A DNA stretch of 64,000 nt from Felis catus (Eukaryota), in contig NC_058368.1 in the NCBI RefSeq assembly GCF_018350175.1, positions 21,516,001 through 21,580,000 on the forward strand, read 5' to 3'. A model generated the notes under the pieces. It was not told the origin of the DNA and searched no databases. It saw only the letters and a program-made list of their open reading frames with translations. Shown one piece after another: positions 12,201-24,540 of the stretch. Numbering within the stretch: position 1 is the stretch's first letter; each line of letters begins with the position of its first letter. Both the position numbers and the translations under genes were made by a program.

Positions 12201-12730
12201 GGCCCAAGGACCACCCCCCTTCCTAGAGAGTGACCGGGTGGGTACTTATCTCGGACCTCGGGGGCCGCGGGCAGGCGCCTGTCCTCCAGCCGCGGGGACC
12301 TCGCGTTACCGGCTGGGCACGGCGGCAAAATGGACTCGCAGCGCCAACGGGCCCGCCCCCTGCCCTCCTCTTCCAGCACCTCGATCCGCCTCCCGGGCCT
12401 CGGCGTTGCCTTTGTTCCGTCTCCCGGGTCTCGCCTTTCCCCGGGGCGGGGGGTGGGGAGTGGGTGAGGTGAGGCGGGAGTCCTTCCGGTGTCGACAACC
12501 AGCAGCAATAACTGCCACCGTCCGCGGTGCACCTAGGGGCGGGGAGGGTCCGGGACTGCTCGCTTCTCTCCCTTCCAGAGTGGCTGCGCGCGCCACGGAG
12601 CGCCCTGCGAGAGCGGGCCGAGCCCGCGCGCGCTGGGAAGCAGACGGCGACAGCTAAGACGCGTAGGCTGGGCCTATGGAGCTCTGGCGACCGGAGGTGG
12701 AGCCACCCTGGAAGAAAGCTGGCGCGCAAC
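11750..12730. promoter_or_regulatory. CpG island / TRIM13 promoter
   Basis: GC- and CpG-dense block in an AT-rich background; GC boxes (cccgcccc near 12352, ggggcgggg near 12443 and 12536); ETS-like cttccggt near 12483. Confidence 0.85.
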
Positions 12731-12734
12731 AAGA

Positions 12735-12821
12735 TGGTTGGGTTTGGATTGTTGTACTTTTTTTTTTGTTCGTTGCATTTTTAGGAACAAAAAAAAAAGC
12801 CCAACCCTTCACACCACTTCA
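12735..12821 (+). ncRNA. MIR3613: miR-3613 precursor hairpin (5p 12750-12771, 3p 12787-12810)
   Basis: tgttgtacttttttttttgttc and acaaaaaaaaaagcccaacccttc match recalled miR-3613-5p/-3p. Perfect 15-bp stem 12757-12771 / 12785-12799 with a 13-nt loop. Position just upstream of and antisense to TRIM13 is as in human. Confidence 0.9.
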
Positions 12822-13602
12822 TCTGCATCTCTCAAGACCAGAAGCCCAGCCACAGTGGCTTGGGGGACGGAGACAACTGTCTGCATTGCATCCCCCACAA
12901 CTCGGGTTGGGTGGGATGGTCACTCTTGTTGGGACCAACGCCAGGGCTCTAGCCATGGGCTCCAACCAGAGCACAACCAAAATAAGGTTAATTACCGTCC
13001 TCCCCAACCTTGCACCTATTTCCTCGCAGGCTTTAGGCTGAATACTCGCGACCCAATTCTACGTAAGATTTTCTTTTAGGAAAAACACTGTTTTCCTTTG
13101 GAGAGAAGGAAAAACTTAAAATTGGCTTTAACTTAAACGCTGCTAATGGCTATTCAGATGCTAACCTGACTCACCATTCTGTATAAGGACTTTGTCTAAT
13201 ACCAAACACATTAAGCACTTATACCAACCAATGATCTGTTTGGTTCCAAGAAGAATACAAAGGTGGAGGAATGGCTTCTCCAAAATTTACAGTCTTAGGG
13301 GAAGTGCAACAAAAAAATCACAGGATATGTACGGGAGTTGAGTTCGCCCCCAGTAGGGAAGTCTGGTCTTTGGAAGTAGAATTTCAGGGAAAGGTATTAT
13401 AGACCTGCTATAAATAGTACTTGGGCTCCTTGACTAATCATGCTTAGCTCAAACTCCATAAAAAGCTCCTCCCCGCTCCCTTCGGAGATGTTGAGTTCCT
13501 TGCCAATGCCCTTTCCCTGAAACCCAATTTTGCTCTTGCAGAACAGTTCCTATATTTATGCCATATACTCTTCATAAAAACACCGTGGGATGAAAAGAAA
13601 AA

Positions 13603-13605
<3 letters not shown>

Positions 13606-13648
<43 letters not shown>

Positions 13649-13797
13649 TATTTCATTTTTTTAAAGAAAAACGGGTGCCTGGGTGGCTCAGTCGGTTAAG
13701 TGTCCAACTTCATCTCAGGTCATGATCTCACAGTTCATGAGTTCAAGCCCCACATCAGGCTCTGTGCTGACAGCTCAGAGCCTGGAGCCTGCTTCAG

Positions 13798-13858
<61 letters not shown>

Positions 13859-13918
13859 CTCCTCTCCGACTTGTGCTTTTACTCTCTCTCAAAAATAAAC
13901 ATCAAAAAAAAAAAAAAA
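13606..13918 (+). mobile_element. (ATTT)n microsatellite followed by a CanSINE (13673-13918) with expanded (CT)n
   Basis: Repeat directly visible; gggtgcctgggtggctcagtcggttaag head. Confidence 0.88.
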
Positions 13919-14724
13919 GCGTGAGATAGACATTATGATTCTCATCCTGTAGTTGAAGAAATGGATGAAGTGATTTCTCAAGATAAAAATCAAGAGGCAG
14001 AGCCAAGATTCTCAAGTTAGAGTCCAGCCAGGTATAGGTTCTTTCTATAGCATCATAACTGTCAATGCCATTGAAAACTGCACCCCGGTCTCCTACTAAA
14101 TTAGTGTTGTTTTTTAAAACACACACACAAAATCTGATTTGTAAAAGCATCTTAAATACCCTAATGTTAAAATGAAACAAGAGTGAAAGGTTATTGACTC
14201 ATAAGTCACAAATTATCCTTCATGCAATTATATACATATTTATATAGTTAGATCTGTTTGGTGGTAAATACTAATTAATAAACCTCTGCCCAACTAAATG
14301 GAAAATATTGGTTAAATCAGCACAGAAGTCTTAAGACTGTTACACTGCTGAGAGAACATTATGTATTAAACTCTGACGTGTAGAAAAATAGGGAAGGAAA
14401 AATAGCCTCTCTCCTCCCACCGTACTAATAAAACAGCACTGGGAATCCCCACATATAGTGTGACTAGAATAAGAGCGAAACCGCCAGACTGAAATGAACA
14501 TACACAGCTACATCCTTCCCAGAAGATCACAATGTAACTAGATCCTGTTAGAGATAACACTGAGGGATTGTCAAAATTCTTGTCACACTGGAATTTCCTT
14601 CTATTGACTGTTCTTCACATAAGTAAACTAACAGCTGAAGACTGGAATTCATATGTCAGCACAACAATAAGACTATAGGGTCTTATTTAAATTTGTCTTT
14701 TGTGATATATTATTACAGGTAGAA

Positions 14725-14835
14725 TTTTTTTTAAGATTTTGTTTTTAAGTAATCTCTATGCCCAATGTGGGGCTCAAACTCACACCCCAAGGTCAAGAGT
14801 CTCAGGCTCTACCAACTGAACCAGCCAGGCGCCCC
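14725..14835 (-). mobile_element. Short CanSINE
   Basis: Reverse-complement head ccagccaggcgcccc; tacagg ... gaattt on both flanks. Confidence 0.78.
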
Positions 14836-15239
14836 TACAGGGAGAATTTCTAATATGAAATATATGTATGTATTCTTATTGTTGTATTGATTTTATTCTA
14901 TTGATTTTGTTTTGAGCCTTGACAAAGGTAAAACCTGCCAGGTGTCCTTCCATCTACCAAGACATGTGATCAGACGTTCCATAACAAAGGGGACATATAA
15001 ATAAAACAAAGGGGACACATAAAAAGGGGGCAATATAAATTGCCAGTGTGGGGAGCATCTAATAACTAAGACTGAAGCAACTCTGTGCAGGAGGGGACTG
15101 CCGGATAATACAATAATAATAATATAGTAATAATAATTTTATTATTATTCTGTTCTTCTCAATAGCTGCCAAGTTCATGAGTGCAAGCCCCAGTAGTCCT
15201 GAAAGAGAATTCCTGGCAATACAAGGCACTGACATTGCA

Positions 15240-15450
15240 AGGTGTAAAAAGCAGAGGCTTTGGAATCAATTCTGCATCCAAATTCTCTACCACTTACTAG
15301 CTGTTCAAGTTACTTAGCAGCTCTAAGTAACCTCAGTTTTCTCTTCTGTAAAACAGGAATCATGATTCACTCATTTATGAAAATTAGGTGACATATAAAG
15401 CAATCAACATTGCGTCTGACATATAGGAGGTGCATAATAAATGGTCCCTA
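15240..15450 (+). mobile_element. MIR (ancient SINE)
   Basis: ggctttggaatc ... ctctaccacttactagctg ... cctcagttttctcttctgtaaaac, the MIR core. Confidence 0.7.
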
Positions 15451-16312
15451 CTGCTATTGGGCAAAAGAGAACCATACTGATTTTGGATTACGGTTTTCTT
15501 GGATTTGTAGATTTGACGCCCAAGCACAACAGTCTTAAGCAGAGCTAAGCTGCCTATGTAGTAGAGGAAGCTAAGACTGTAAGTTTTGCTTTTCTACACC
15601 CAGCCCAGGGTGGCCTTTTAAAAAACATAATAGCCTTCTACTTCTATACCTCCTTCTCTGTGCTTAGGGTAAGTAGAGAAAAAAGGAAAAAACATCACAC
15701 TCAGTGAAAGGAAAACTCTGCAGTTATTTTAAAGCTCTATAATTTCAGAAAAATTGAACATCTAAAACATTCCATTAAAAGGGAAAAAATCTACCTGTAA
15801 ATATACATTTATCACAAAAGACAGAAACTTACCTAAGACTTGGTGAAATTAAAAGTCCCTGGTTTGAAGAAAGTTCCAGCTTCCATATGTTTCATTTGCA
15901 CAGAGAAGTTCATGCATTAAATGGAGCCAATAGTAAGATCAGCTGGCTTTTGAAGAGAATGAGAGACACTGCAGCAACAGTAAACTTGGCCTTTAGCTGG
16001 GCTGTTTCTGTAGTTGGAAAGAAAAATTGTAAGAATAAAGAAAACTGTCAGAGGTAATTAAGGTGATACTAGCATGTGCTTAGAATTAGCTACTCAGGAT
16101 TGTGCTAGGCACCAAAGGCACTAATCAAGGAATTTCCCATGTGGTTGAAGAGACAAGTCTTAAAAACAGGAACTAGTTTAGTAACAGTACATGGCCCAGT
16201 TAAAAGCCAACATGAGTGTTAAAGACAAGAAAGGAGGAAGGCATCAGAAGCATCAGGGAAAATGCCCAAGGGAGGTGGGAGTCAAATGGAATAATTAAAG
16301 ATCAGAGGGTTT

Positions 16313-16938
16313 GGGGCACCTGGCTGGCTCAGTCAGTAGAGCACGTAACTCTTCATCTCAGGTTTGTGAGTTCAAGCCCAACGTTGGGTGTGGAGCCTAC
16401 TTGAAAAAATGAAAATAATAGATAAAGATCATAGGACTTGAAGATGAGAAAGAGGAGCATTGGAGGTGAGGAGCACAAGCTCAGGGTCAGAATGAACTTT
16501 GCTGGTACTGAGTCAGTGAAGAGCATGGCCTGGTTTGAAAATAAAGTTTGAGGCCAAAGCATGGAATGTTGTGAAGGTCAGAATAAAAAGTTGAACTTCA
16601 TTCTGTAGGAAATGGGAATTCACTGAATAATGATTTACGTGGCACTAACAAGATGAAAGCAGAATTTTAGAAAGATTAATCTGATTACAAGATCCAAGAT
16701 TTAAGGGAGAAGAAATGTCCTTTATTTTTATTAAATGATTGATTGACTGATGTTTTTATTTATTTTTGAGACAAAAAGAAAGCACGAGCTGGGGAGGGGC
16801 AGAGAAAGAGGGAGACGGGAACTGAAGCAGACTCTACACTGATAGCAGAGAGCCTGATGTGGGGCTTGAACTCATGAGCCGTGAGATCATGACCTGAGCT
16901 GAAGTTGGACACTTAGCCACTGAGCCACCCAGGTGCCC
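16313..16938. mobile_element. Short CanSINE (+, 16313-16410) and CanSINE (-, 16750-16938) within L2-like sequence
   Basis: SINE heads visible; the intervening purine-rich sequence resembles an antisense L2. Confidence 0.72.
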
Positions 16939-18389
16939 TAGAAATTTCCTTTGCTTTAATATTTTTGAGGTTTGTTGTTGAAAATTATAGATTTTTTTAA
17001 ATGTAATAAGGTATATAAAAGTATAGCATTTAATACCAAATAATTGTTGATTAGAGTTCTCAATTTATAAATAAAATACAATATAGAATTAACTATGACA
17101 CATATTCTCCTAAAATCCAACAAGAGGAAATTATATGAATATATATACTTATATATTAGTTATATATATAATTTATTTTACTATAATGATTTTAACTACA
17201 TCATGTGACTAATACATTAAAACATTGCTTAGCTACATTTTAAATTATGCCTCATTAGAGCTTTAAAAATCACTACATATATACACTTTGAAATTTACTG
17301 CTCTGTTTTGATATTTTAATAATTAATTACATTCAATTATGTTAACTGATTTTTTTCTGAATTCCCATATGTGTAGAATATTATTCTTGATGAACAATAA
17401 CTTTAGGAGGGCCTTGAGAATTATTCATTCAGGTTAAGACTAATAAATACTGTATATTTACAGTTGTTTAACTGAATTAAATTTGTAGAAACTATTTTGG
17501 AATCCTTCTGTTAAGTTCATTAATCATTATGTGCTCTACTTTTATCTTGAGAAATGTCAGTTTTGATAATAAAGTCTTATCATTTCAATTCGGAAAATGA
17601 CTTTCATCCTGTTCTATGGAACATTTTTTAGAATATTTCTTCTACAAATAAAGACACAATAGGGGTGGGGTTCTGCAGTTTTCAGTAGCTGGTAGATTCT
17701 TATACCTTCAATATACTCTGTTAAATAAAGGCAATAGTACATTTCATAGAGCTTTATTCTGAAGATCTCGATTAACCAGATACCTATCTGTACAGCATTG
17801 CACAAGAAATACATGCTTCACGGTGTTTTATGTGAGCCTGCTTGAGTCTGTCTGATATTAAAACATGTGGTAATAAATACCTTGTCAAAAAATGTGTTTA
17901 TCTTATAATGGTCTTATTTATAACACCGTGCTGGTTGTTGCTAGAAGGAGGCGGGGTCTCTAGAAGCTTGTGCTGGGTCTGACCTAGCCACACCCCCTCC
18001 AAGTCAGGCATAAGACACAGACAATTCAGGAGACACATGAGACTCATTACACAATGTCAGCACAGTCTAGGCATTTTGTGAAGGTCACTGACCTCTGGGT
18101 TATGAAATTCAAAGGACATTTTTTCGGTTCTCATTTTCCTTGATCTCTTAGCAGCACTCACTGCCTCCTCCTTGAAAGGCCTTCTTTCCCTGGCCTTTAA
18201 TAAGATCATCCTCACTGCCTGATTTTCTTTTCCCAACTCCAGAACTCCACCCTATTCTATCCAGCATTCAAATTCTGGAATTCTTTGAACGCTCAGTTTC
18301 GGGACATTTTCAGGACCTCAGTCATTGTTCAATGAGTCTCATATTCCCCATAAAGCAGGGATCACAAACTGACAGCTTGTAGTCCTACC

Positions 18390-19171
18390 ATTTATTTTTT
18401 TTTAATTTATTTTTATTTTTATTTTAGAGTGACAGAGAGAACGTGCAACTGGGGGAGAAGGGCAGAGGGAGAGAGAGAGAAAATCTCAAGCAGGTGCCAC
18501 ACTCAACCAGAGCTGGACACAGGGTGAGGCTCAATCTCACAATCCTGGGATCATGACCTGAGCCGAAATCAAGAGTCAGATGCTCAACCTACTGAGCCAC
18601 CCAGGTGCCCCTATTTTTTTATTTTTTAAAGATTTTGGTTTTATTTTTTTTAAGTTTATTTATTTATTTTAAGAGAGAGAGAGGGAGCAGGGGAGGGGCA
18701 GAGAGAGAGAATCCCAAGCAGGCTCTGTGCTGTCAGTGCAGAGCCCAACATGGGGCTCAGTCCCACAAATTGTGAGATCATGACCTGAGCCAAATTCAAG
18801 AGTCCAACACTAAACTGACTAAGCCACCCAGGCACCCCAAAGATTTTATTTTATTTTTTAATTTTTTAACGTTTATTTATTATTGAGAGACAGAGACAGA
18901 GCTGTAGCAGGGGAGGGGCAGAGAGAGGAGGAGACACAGAATCTGAACCAGGCTCCAGGCTCAGAGCTGTCAGCACAGAGCCCGATGTGGGGCTCGAACT
19001 CACAAACCGTGAGATCATGACCTGAACTGAAGTCGGACGCTTAACCGACTGAGCCACCCAGGCACCCCTCCTAAAGATTTTATTTTCAATCTCTATACCC
19101 AACATGGGGCTCAAGCTGACAACCCCAAGATCGAGTTGCACACCCTCCCGACTGAGCCAGCCAGGCACCCC
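18390..19171 (-). mobile_element. Stack of four co-oriented CanSINEs
   Basis: Four reverse-complement heads ending at about 18611, 18838, 19068 and 19171, separated by T-rich tails. Confidence 0.9.
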
Positions 19172-20135
19172 AGTCATACCACTTTTAGATGATAAAAACC
19201 TTTTGAATTTAAAACTTTAGCAGAGGCATGCTCCTTCCTGTCCCATAGCCTTTCCTCCTTGTGGGCATTTGAGCTAGCTCTTGTGTTGCCCAGGGCTTGA
19301 ACCCCTTCCAGCTTCTGGGCTCCTACCCTTGTAGCTCCTTCTCTCCCTAATGCACCCTCTTCTTGCCACCAAACCTCCCCTCCCCACTCTGGTCCCCCAA
19401 TCGCAGCACAGCTGACACATCCCAAGTTGGCTTTCCAAAATGTTCCAGGCCAGGGATGGATCCCTCTGAGTCATCTCACTCTGCCCTGGACTCTTCTTCC
19501 TTTGCACACACTGCAGTTTGTTCTTACATATTTGCTTGTATAATTACTTGAATAATGCTTGTCTCCACTTGACTGTACACCCTGTAAGAGCAGGGATTGT
19601 GTGTGTTGTGTGCATGTGTGTGTCTTGTGTTTCCTCATCAATGCATTGCCAGCACCTAACCCAATGACTATAAATTTTTTTATGAATGTTTCAGGGAAGT
19701 AAGAACTCTCTCTTTCAAAGACTATTGATGCATTTCAACCTTCTAGAAATTAGCTCTTGAGACCAGATGAAATGGTAATGTACTCCGAACTTTATTCACT
19801 TAAAATAAGGACTTTACTATACTTTATTTGATCAAAACATTATCTCCACCCCCCCCCCGTATTTGCAAAGCAGTTTTTCAGACTCCTTATAGAATTTACA
19901 AGATATGTCAACAGTCTACACTCTTTCACGGCATAGCTTGTCTTGGAAAATGAAGATAATTTCTTGAACAGTCCATCAGAGAATTCTCATAAAAATTTGA
20001 AAACCTTCTTCCACTGCATAAAAGTTAAGCAATATGCCACAAAAAAGACTTAATGATATAACTCAATAAAAATGTAAAACTGTTCATGTTTAAAGCACAA
20101 TATAGTCGTGATAGCACACAACTATTAAAAGGACG

Positions 20136-20550
20136 GCAGGTGTCTGGGTGGCTCAGCTCATGATCTCGAAGTCCCTGAGTTCAAACTCAGGGACTAGCTT
20201 TGGATCCTCTGTCCCCCTCTCTCTGCCCCTCCCTGCTCATGCTCTCTCAAAAATAAAATTAAAAACATTAAAAAAAGAAAAGATAAAGCTATATGTATTG
20301 ACAATGGCATATATATAAGATATAGTAAGTAAATTAGGGGTGCCTGGATGGCTCAGTCCGTTAAGCATCTGACTTCGGCTCAGGTCATGATCTCATGACT
20401 TGTGGGTTCGAGCCCCATGTCAGGCTCTGTGCTGACAGCTTAGAGCCTGGAACCTGCTTCAGACTCTGTGTCTCCCTCACTCTCTGCCCCTCCCCCACTC
20501 GTGCTCTGTCTCTCTCAAAAATAAATAAACATTAAAAAATTATTTAAAAA
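20136..20550 (+). mobile_element. Two CanSINEs (first internally deleted)
   Basis: Heads at about 20136 and 20337, each with an A-rich tail. Confidence 0.83.
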
Positions 20551-20559
20551 GAAGACAGT

Positions 20560-22685
20560 AAGTGAAAAATCAAGTTAAAAACAACATGTGTATCATGATT
20601 CCAATTTTGAAAAGAAATGTAATTGGTAGAATATGGATAGGAAAAAACATTTGGAGGAATATACACCAAACTGTCAGTTGGAGAGGGTGAAATTTGGAAT
20701 TTTTCAGTATTTATGTTTTATATTATTATAATTCTTTTATATTTTTACACTAAACATCTATTACTTTTGTAATGTATTAAAAAAAAAAGGAAAGAGAAAA
20801 ATTTGTAAAAGAAAAAGACACTCAATTGGAACTCTTCCAAATGAATAATAAGGTAACACCTAGACAGAAAAACAGGCCAAATACATGAAAAACAGGACAT
20901 TAAAAAAGGAAATACAAATGATCAATAAGCAGGAGAAAAAATGTTCATTCTTAATGAGAATCAAAGAAATACCAAGCAAAATGTTATTGCAGCCTGTTTT
21001 AGTTCATTAAATTGGCAGAGATTTAAACCATTATAATGACCAATAGGTCAGCAATGAGTCACACAGGCCATCTTGTTAGCTGATGGAAACTAACATAGAT
21101 GGATACAGCCTTTCAGAGGACAGTCTGGTAATCTGTATTAAAAAACCTGAAAATACATATACTTAATTCAATTTCTAGGAATTTATCCTACAAAAGTAGT
21201 CATAAACACCACAATTTATATGCCAAGAATATTTGTACACAGCTATCAGAGGAAAATTAGAAATATTGTTATTATCTATCAAAATGATATGAGTTAAATT
21301 AATCCTGGTACCTTCATACAAAATAATAATATGTAGCCATTTTTTAAAGTTTATTTATTTTGAGAGAGAGAGAGAGAGTGAGCAGGGAGAGGCAGAGAGA
21401 AAGAATCCCAAGCAGGCTCCAGTACAGAGCCTGATGCAGGGCTCTATCCCGTGAGTCATTAGATCATGACCTGAGCTGAAATCAAGAGTTGGACACCTAA
21501 CTGACTGAGCCAACCAAGCGCCCCAATATGTAGCCATTTACAAAATGATTGAAGACTATTTAACAACTTGAAAAATTAATGTCTCTTATAAGTGGAGAAA
21601 AGCAAATTTCAAAAGGTGTATATATAGCATAACACAGATTGTGTGTGCACGCATACATATGCACATATTAAAAAGACTGATCACAATGTCAACAATTGCT
21701 ATCCATAGTAGTATAAAGTGGAAATAACCTTTATTTTGTCCTGATTCTTCACTGGATTTTTCAAAGTTTCTCTAATGGTTATATGATGTATATCTTTATA
21801 GTCCTAAAAAAAAGTTCTTTTAAAAGTTGCTGGCCTATGCTTTGGAAAAAAACTTGGCAGTTCCTCTAAAAATTAAACAGAGTTAAGTATATGATCTGAC
21901 ATGTCTGCTCCTAGATATATTCCCAAGAGAATTGAAAGCATATGTACAGAGACACCTGGGTATCTCAGTCAATTAAGTGACCAACTCTTGGTTTCAGCTC
22001 AGGTCATAATCTCATGGTTTGTGAGATTGAGCCCCACAATAGGCTCTGTGCTAGATTAGGATTCTGTGCTAGAAAGGGTTCTCTCCCTCTGTCTCTGCCC
22101 CTTCCCTGCTTGTGCGCTCTCTCTCTCTCAAAATAAATAAACATTTAAAAAATTAATTAAAAAAAGAAAGCAATGTACAAACAATAACATATATGAATGT
22201 TCATAGCAGCATTATGTAAAATACCCCCCCCAATAGAAGTAACCCAAATGCTCATGAACTGATGAATGAATATGCAAAAGGTGGTATGTCTATTCAAAGG
22301 AATAGTATTCAGCTGTGTAAAGGAATGATACTGATTCATGCTACAGCATGGATTTTAACGACTACATTATACTGAATGTGAAAGAAGCTTGTCAAAAGGC
22401 CATATATTGATATATTGCAGGAGTCCATTCAGATGAATTGTCCAGAAAAAGCATATAAAAATCATATAAAGTTGATGAGTGGTTGCCAGGGACAGGGGAG
22501 AAGGAAGAATGATGAGTGGCCGCTAATGAGCACAGGGTTTCTTCCGGGGGTAATGAAATAATTCTGGAATTAGATAGCGGTGATGGTTGCACACAACCTT
22601 GTGAATATGCTAAAGCCCATTGAATTTTAACAATTCAAAGAGGGAGAATTCTATGGTATATGAATTATAGCCCAATTTTTAAATG
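20560..22685 (+). mobile_element. Old L1 (L1M) 3' fragments with inserted CanSINEs (21339-21524 -, 21950-22168 +)
   Basis: L1 ORF2-end/3'UTR motifs (ttggcagttcctc ... gaatgttcatagcagcatt ... gtggttgccaggg); SINE TSD aatatgtagccatt. Confidence 0.72.
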
Positions 22686-22884
22686 TGGGAAAAGTTTCCT
22701 AGAAAAGAATAACAGCATTTTAAAAGTATATATTACTTTATAAACATAACCTACAGAGTGATAACTGCTGTGGTAGAGGGTGGGAACATACAGGGAAAAC
22801 ATCTAACAGTACCTGGGGGCAGAGGAGGCCTCCATTAAAACAGAGACTCTCAAACATTTTGAAAATAATAAATAAAAAGAAACT

Positions 22885-23084
22885 TTTTTTAAGTTTATTT
22901 TTGGGAGAGAAGAGAGCACATGAGCATGAGCAGGGGAGGGTCAGAGAGAGAGGAGGACAGAGGATCTGAAGCAGGTTCTGCGCTGACAGCAGAGAGCCCA
23001 ACGTGGGGCTTGAACTCACGAACCATGAGATCATGACCTGAGCCGAAGTGGGACGCTTAACCAACTAAGCCCCCCAGGTGCCCC
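22885..23084 (-). mobile_element. CanSINE
   Basis: Reverse-complement head ccaggtgcccc and (GA)-rich body. Confidence 0.85.
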
Positions 23085-23824
23085 GAAATAAACTTTATTT
23101 ATTAATTCATCTAAAAATAACCAATAAATAATCTAATAATATCCAAATACAAATATAACATTATTATTATAACATATTATTATAAATAATAACAAAAAAT
23201 AATCTAATAATAATCCATTGTATCACTCAGTTCTCTCAATGATGACATCTTATGTAATTGCAGGACATTCTCAAAACCAGGAACCTGATGTTACAGAATT
23301 CAGCTGACTACAGACATTGTTCAGGCTTTACCAGATTTTGCATGCACTCCTTTCTAAAAAACAATTTTTTAACTGAAAAGACAATATAACAACAACACTT
23401 AAAAATTTTAAATAAATGGTTACAACTACCCATAATGTTACTATAAAACCAGCCTGATTACCTTATTCAGAAATATATTAAAATTTTATCATAAGATAGT
23501 TTAAATACACAAAAAAGTTATATAAAAAATAGCTATGTACCCACATTATCTCCATGTATGTTTTTACACCTTTACTACATATGTAAATATCCGTGAAAAT
23601 AAATAGTATTATTTTACACAACTAAAAACCTTATATAATAATCATGTCACAATACACAAGGATGTGTATTTTTAAGAATAGATGTTTCTATCATAGTAAC
23701 ACACACTGTCAGTTGCTGGTTGAGGAGGGAACGTTGCCACCCTCTCTGCCCACCAAGGGGTTATCATGGAGGTCAGAGCTGAGGCTCTAGTGAGGACTTG
23801 CCTGGACTGGAATCCAGGGTTGTT

Positions 23825-24002
23825 TTCTTCTTCTTCTTCTTCTTCTTCTTCTTCTAGAATTTTTTTCATTCTTTTTGTTAATTATTTTGAGAGAGAAAGA
23901 GAACACATGGAAGTCGGGGAGGGGCAGAAAGAAAAGTCAGATCCTGACCTGAGCCAAAATCTAGTGTGGGACACTTAAACAACTGAGCCACCCAGGCACC
24001 CC
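23825..24002 (-). repeat. (TTC)n plus a partial CanSINE
   Basis: Trinucleotide repeat directly visible; reverse-complement SINE head ending near 24002. Confidence 0.75.
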
Positions 24003-24384
24003 TGGAATCCGGAATCTTCTATTCACCAATAGTGTAACAGGAGACAAATTACTTACTCTCTGATTCACAGTGTTCTCATCTGTAAAACAGAGGTAATGAC
24101 AGTTCCTATTTCATAAAGTGATGAGTAGAAATTAAGGTTATGCATGGGAAATGCTTGGTACAGTGAAACACAGTACCTAGAAGTGTCAATAGGTGTTACT
24201 ATCATTGGCATCTTTATTATTGCAGATACGAACTCAGACATGGATCTAACGTTCTTCCCACAATGAAACAGAATGTTGCGTTTAATACCCAGAGCCAACT
24301 CAGAGTAAGAGAGTATTTCGAGCTTTCTGCCTTCTCCCTGTGAGGTGCTGCTAGTTAACATTCAGCTTTGGCAAAGGTCGGGGA

Positions 24385-24540
24385 TGGGAAGCCGTGCTTT
24401 ATAGTGTTTACCAATTTCTATGGTGTAAAAATACTCCCACCCTGGTAGATTTCAACCTGAAGTTCACTGAATGCAGAGGCAGAAAGAGATGATCACAGTC
24501 TTCTCTCTCAAGCTCATGGAGCCTGCCCCGGCACACCCAA
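24385..24540 (-). mobile_element. hAT-Blackjack MITE fragment (MER63-like)
   Basis: tggtgtaaaaatactcccacc ... atttcaa ... cactgaatgcagag ... gagcctgccccggcacacc resembles recalled MER63. Confidence 0.55.

Noticed and set aside
11776..13079. Overlapping 100-200 aa ORFs in the TRIM13 CpG island
   Set aside because: Stop-poor GC-rich sequence, mostly non-ATG starts, low-complexity products with no recognisable domain.
17600..17890. Faint minus-strand resemblance to a Tc1/mariner transposase (NRDLQNKAL ... ATEN)
   Set aside because: Needs several frameshifts and lacks the catalytic DE motif; indistinguishable from chance without a translated search.
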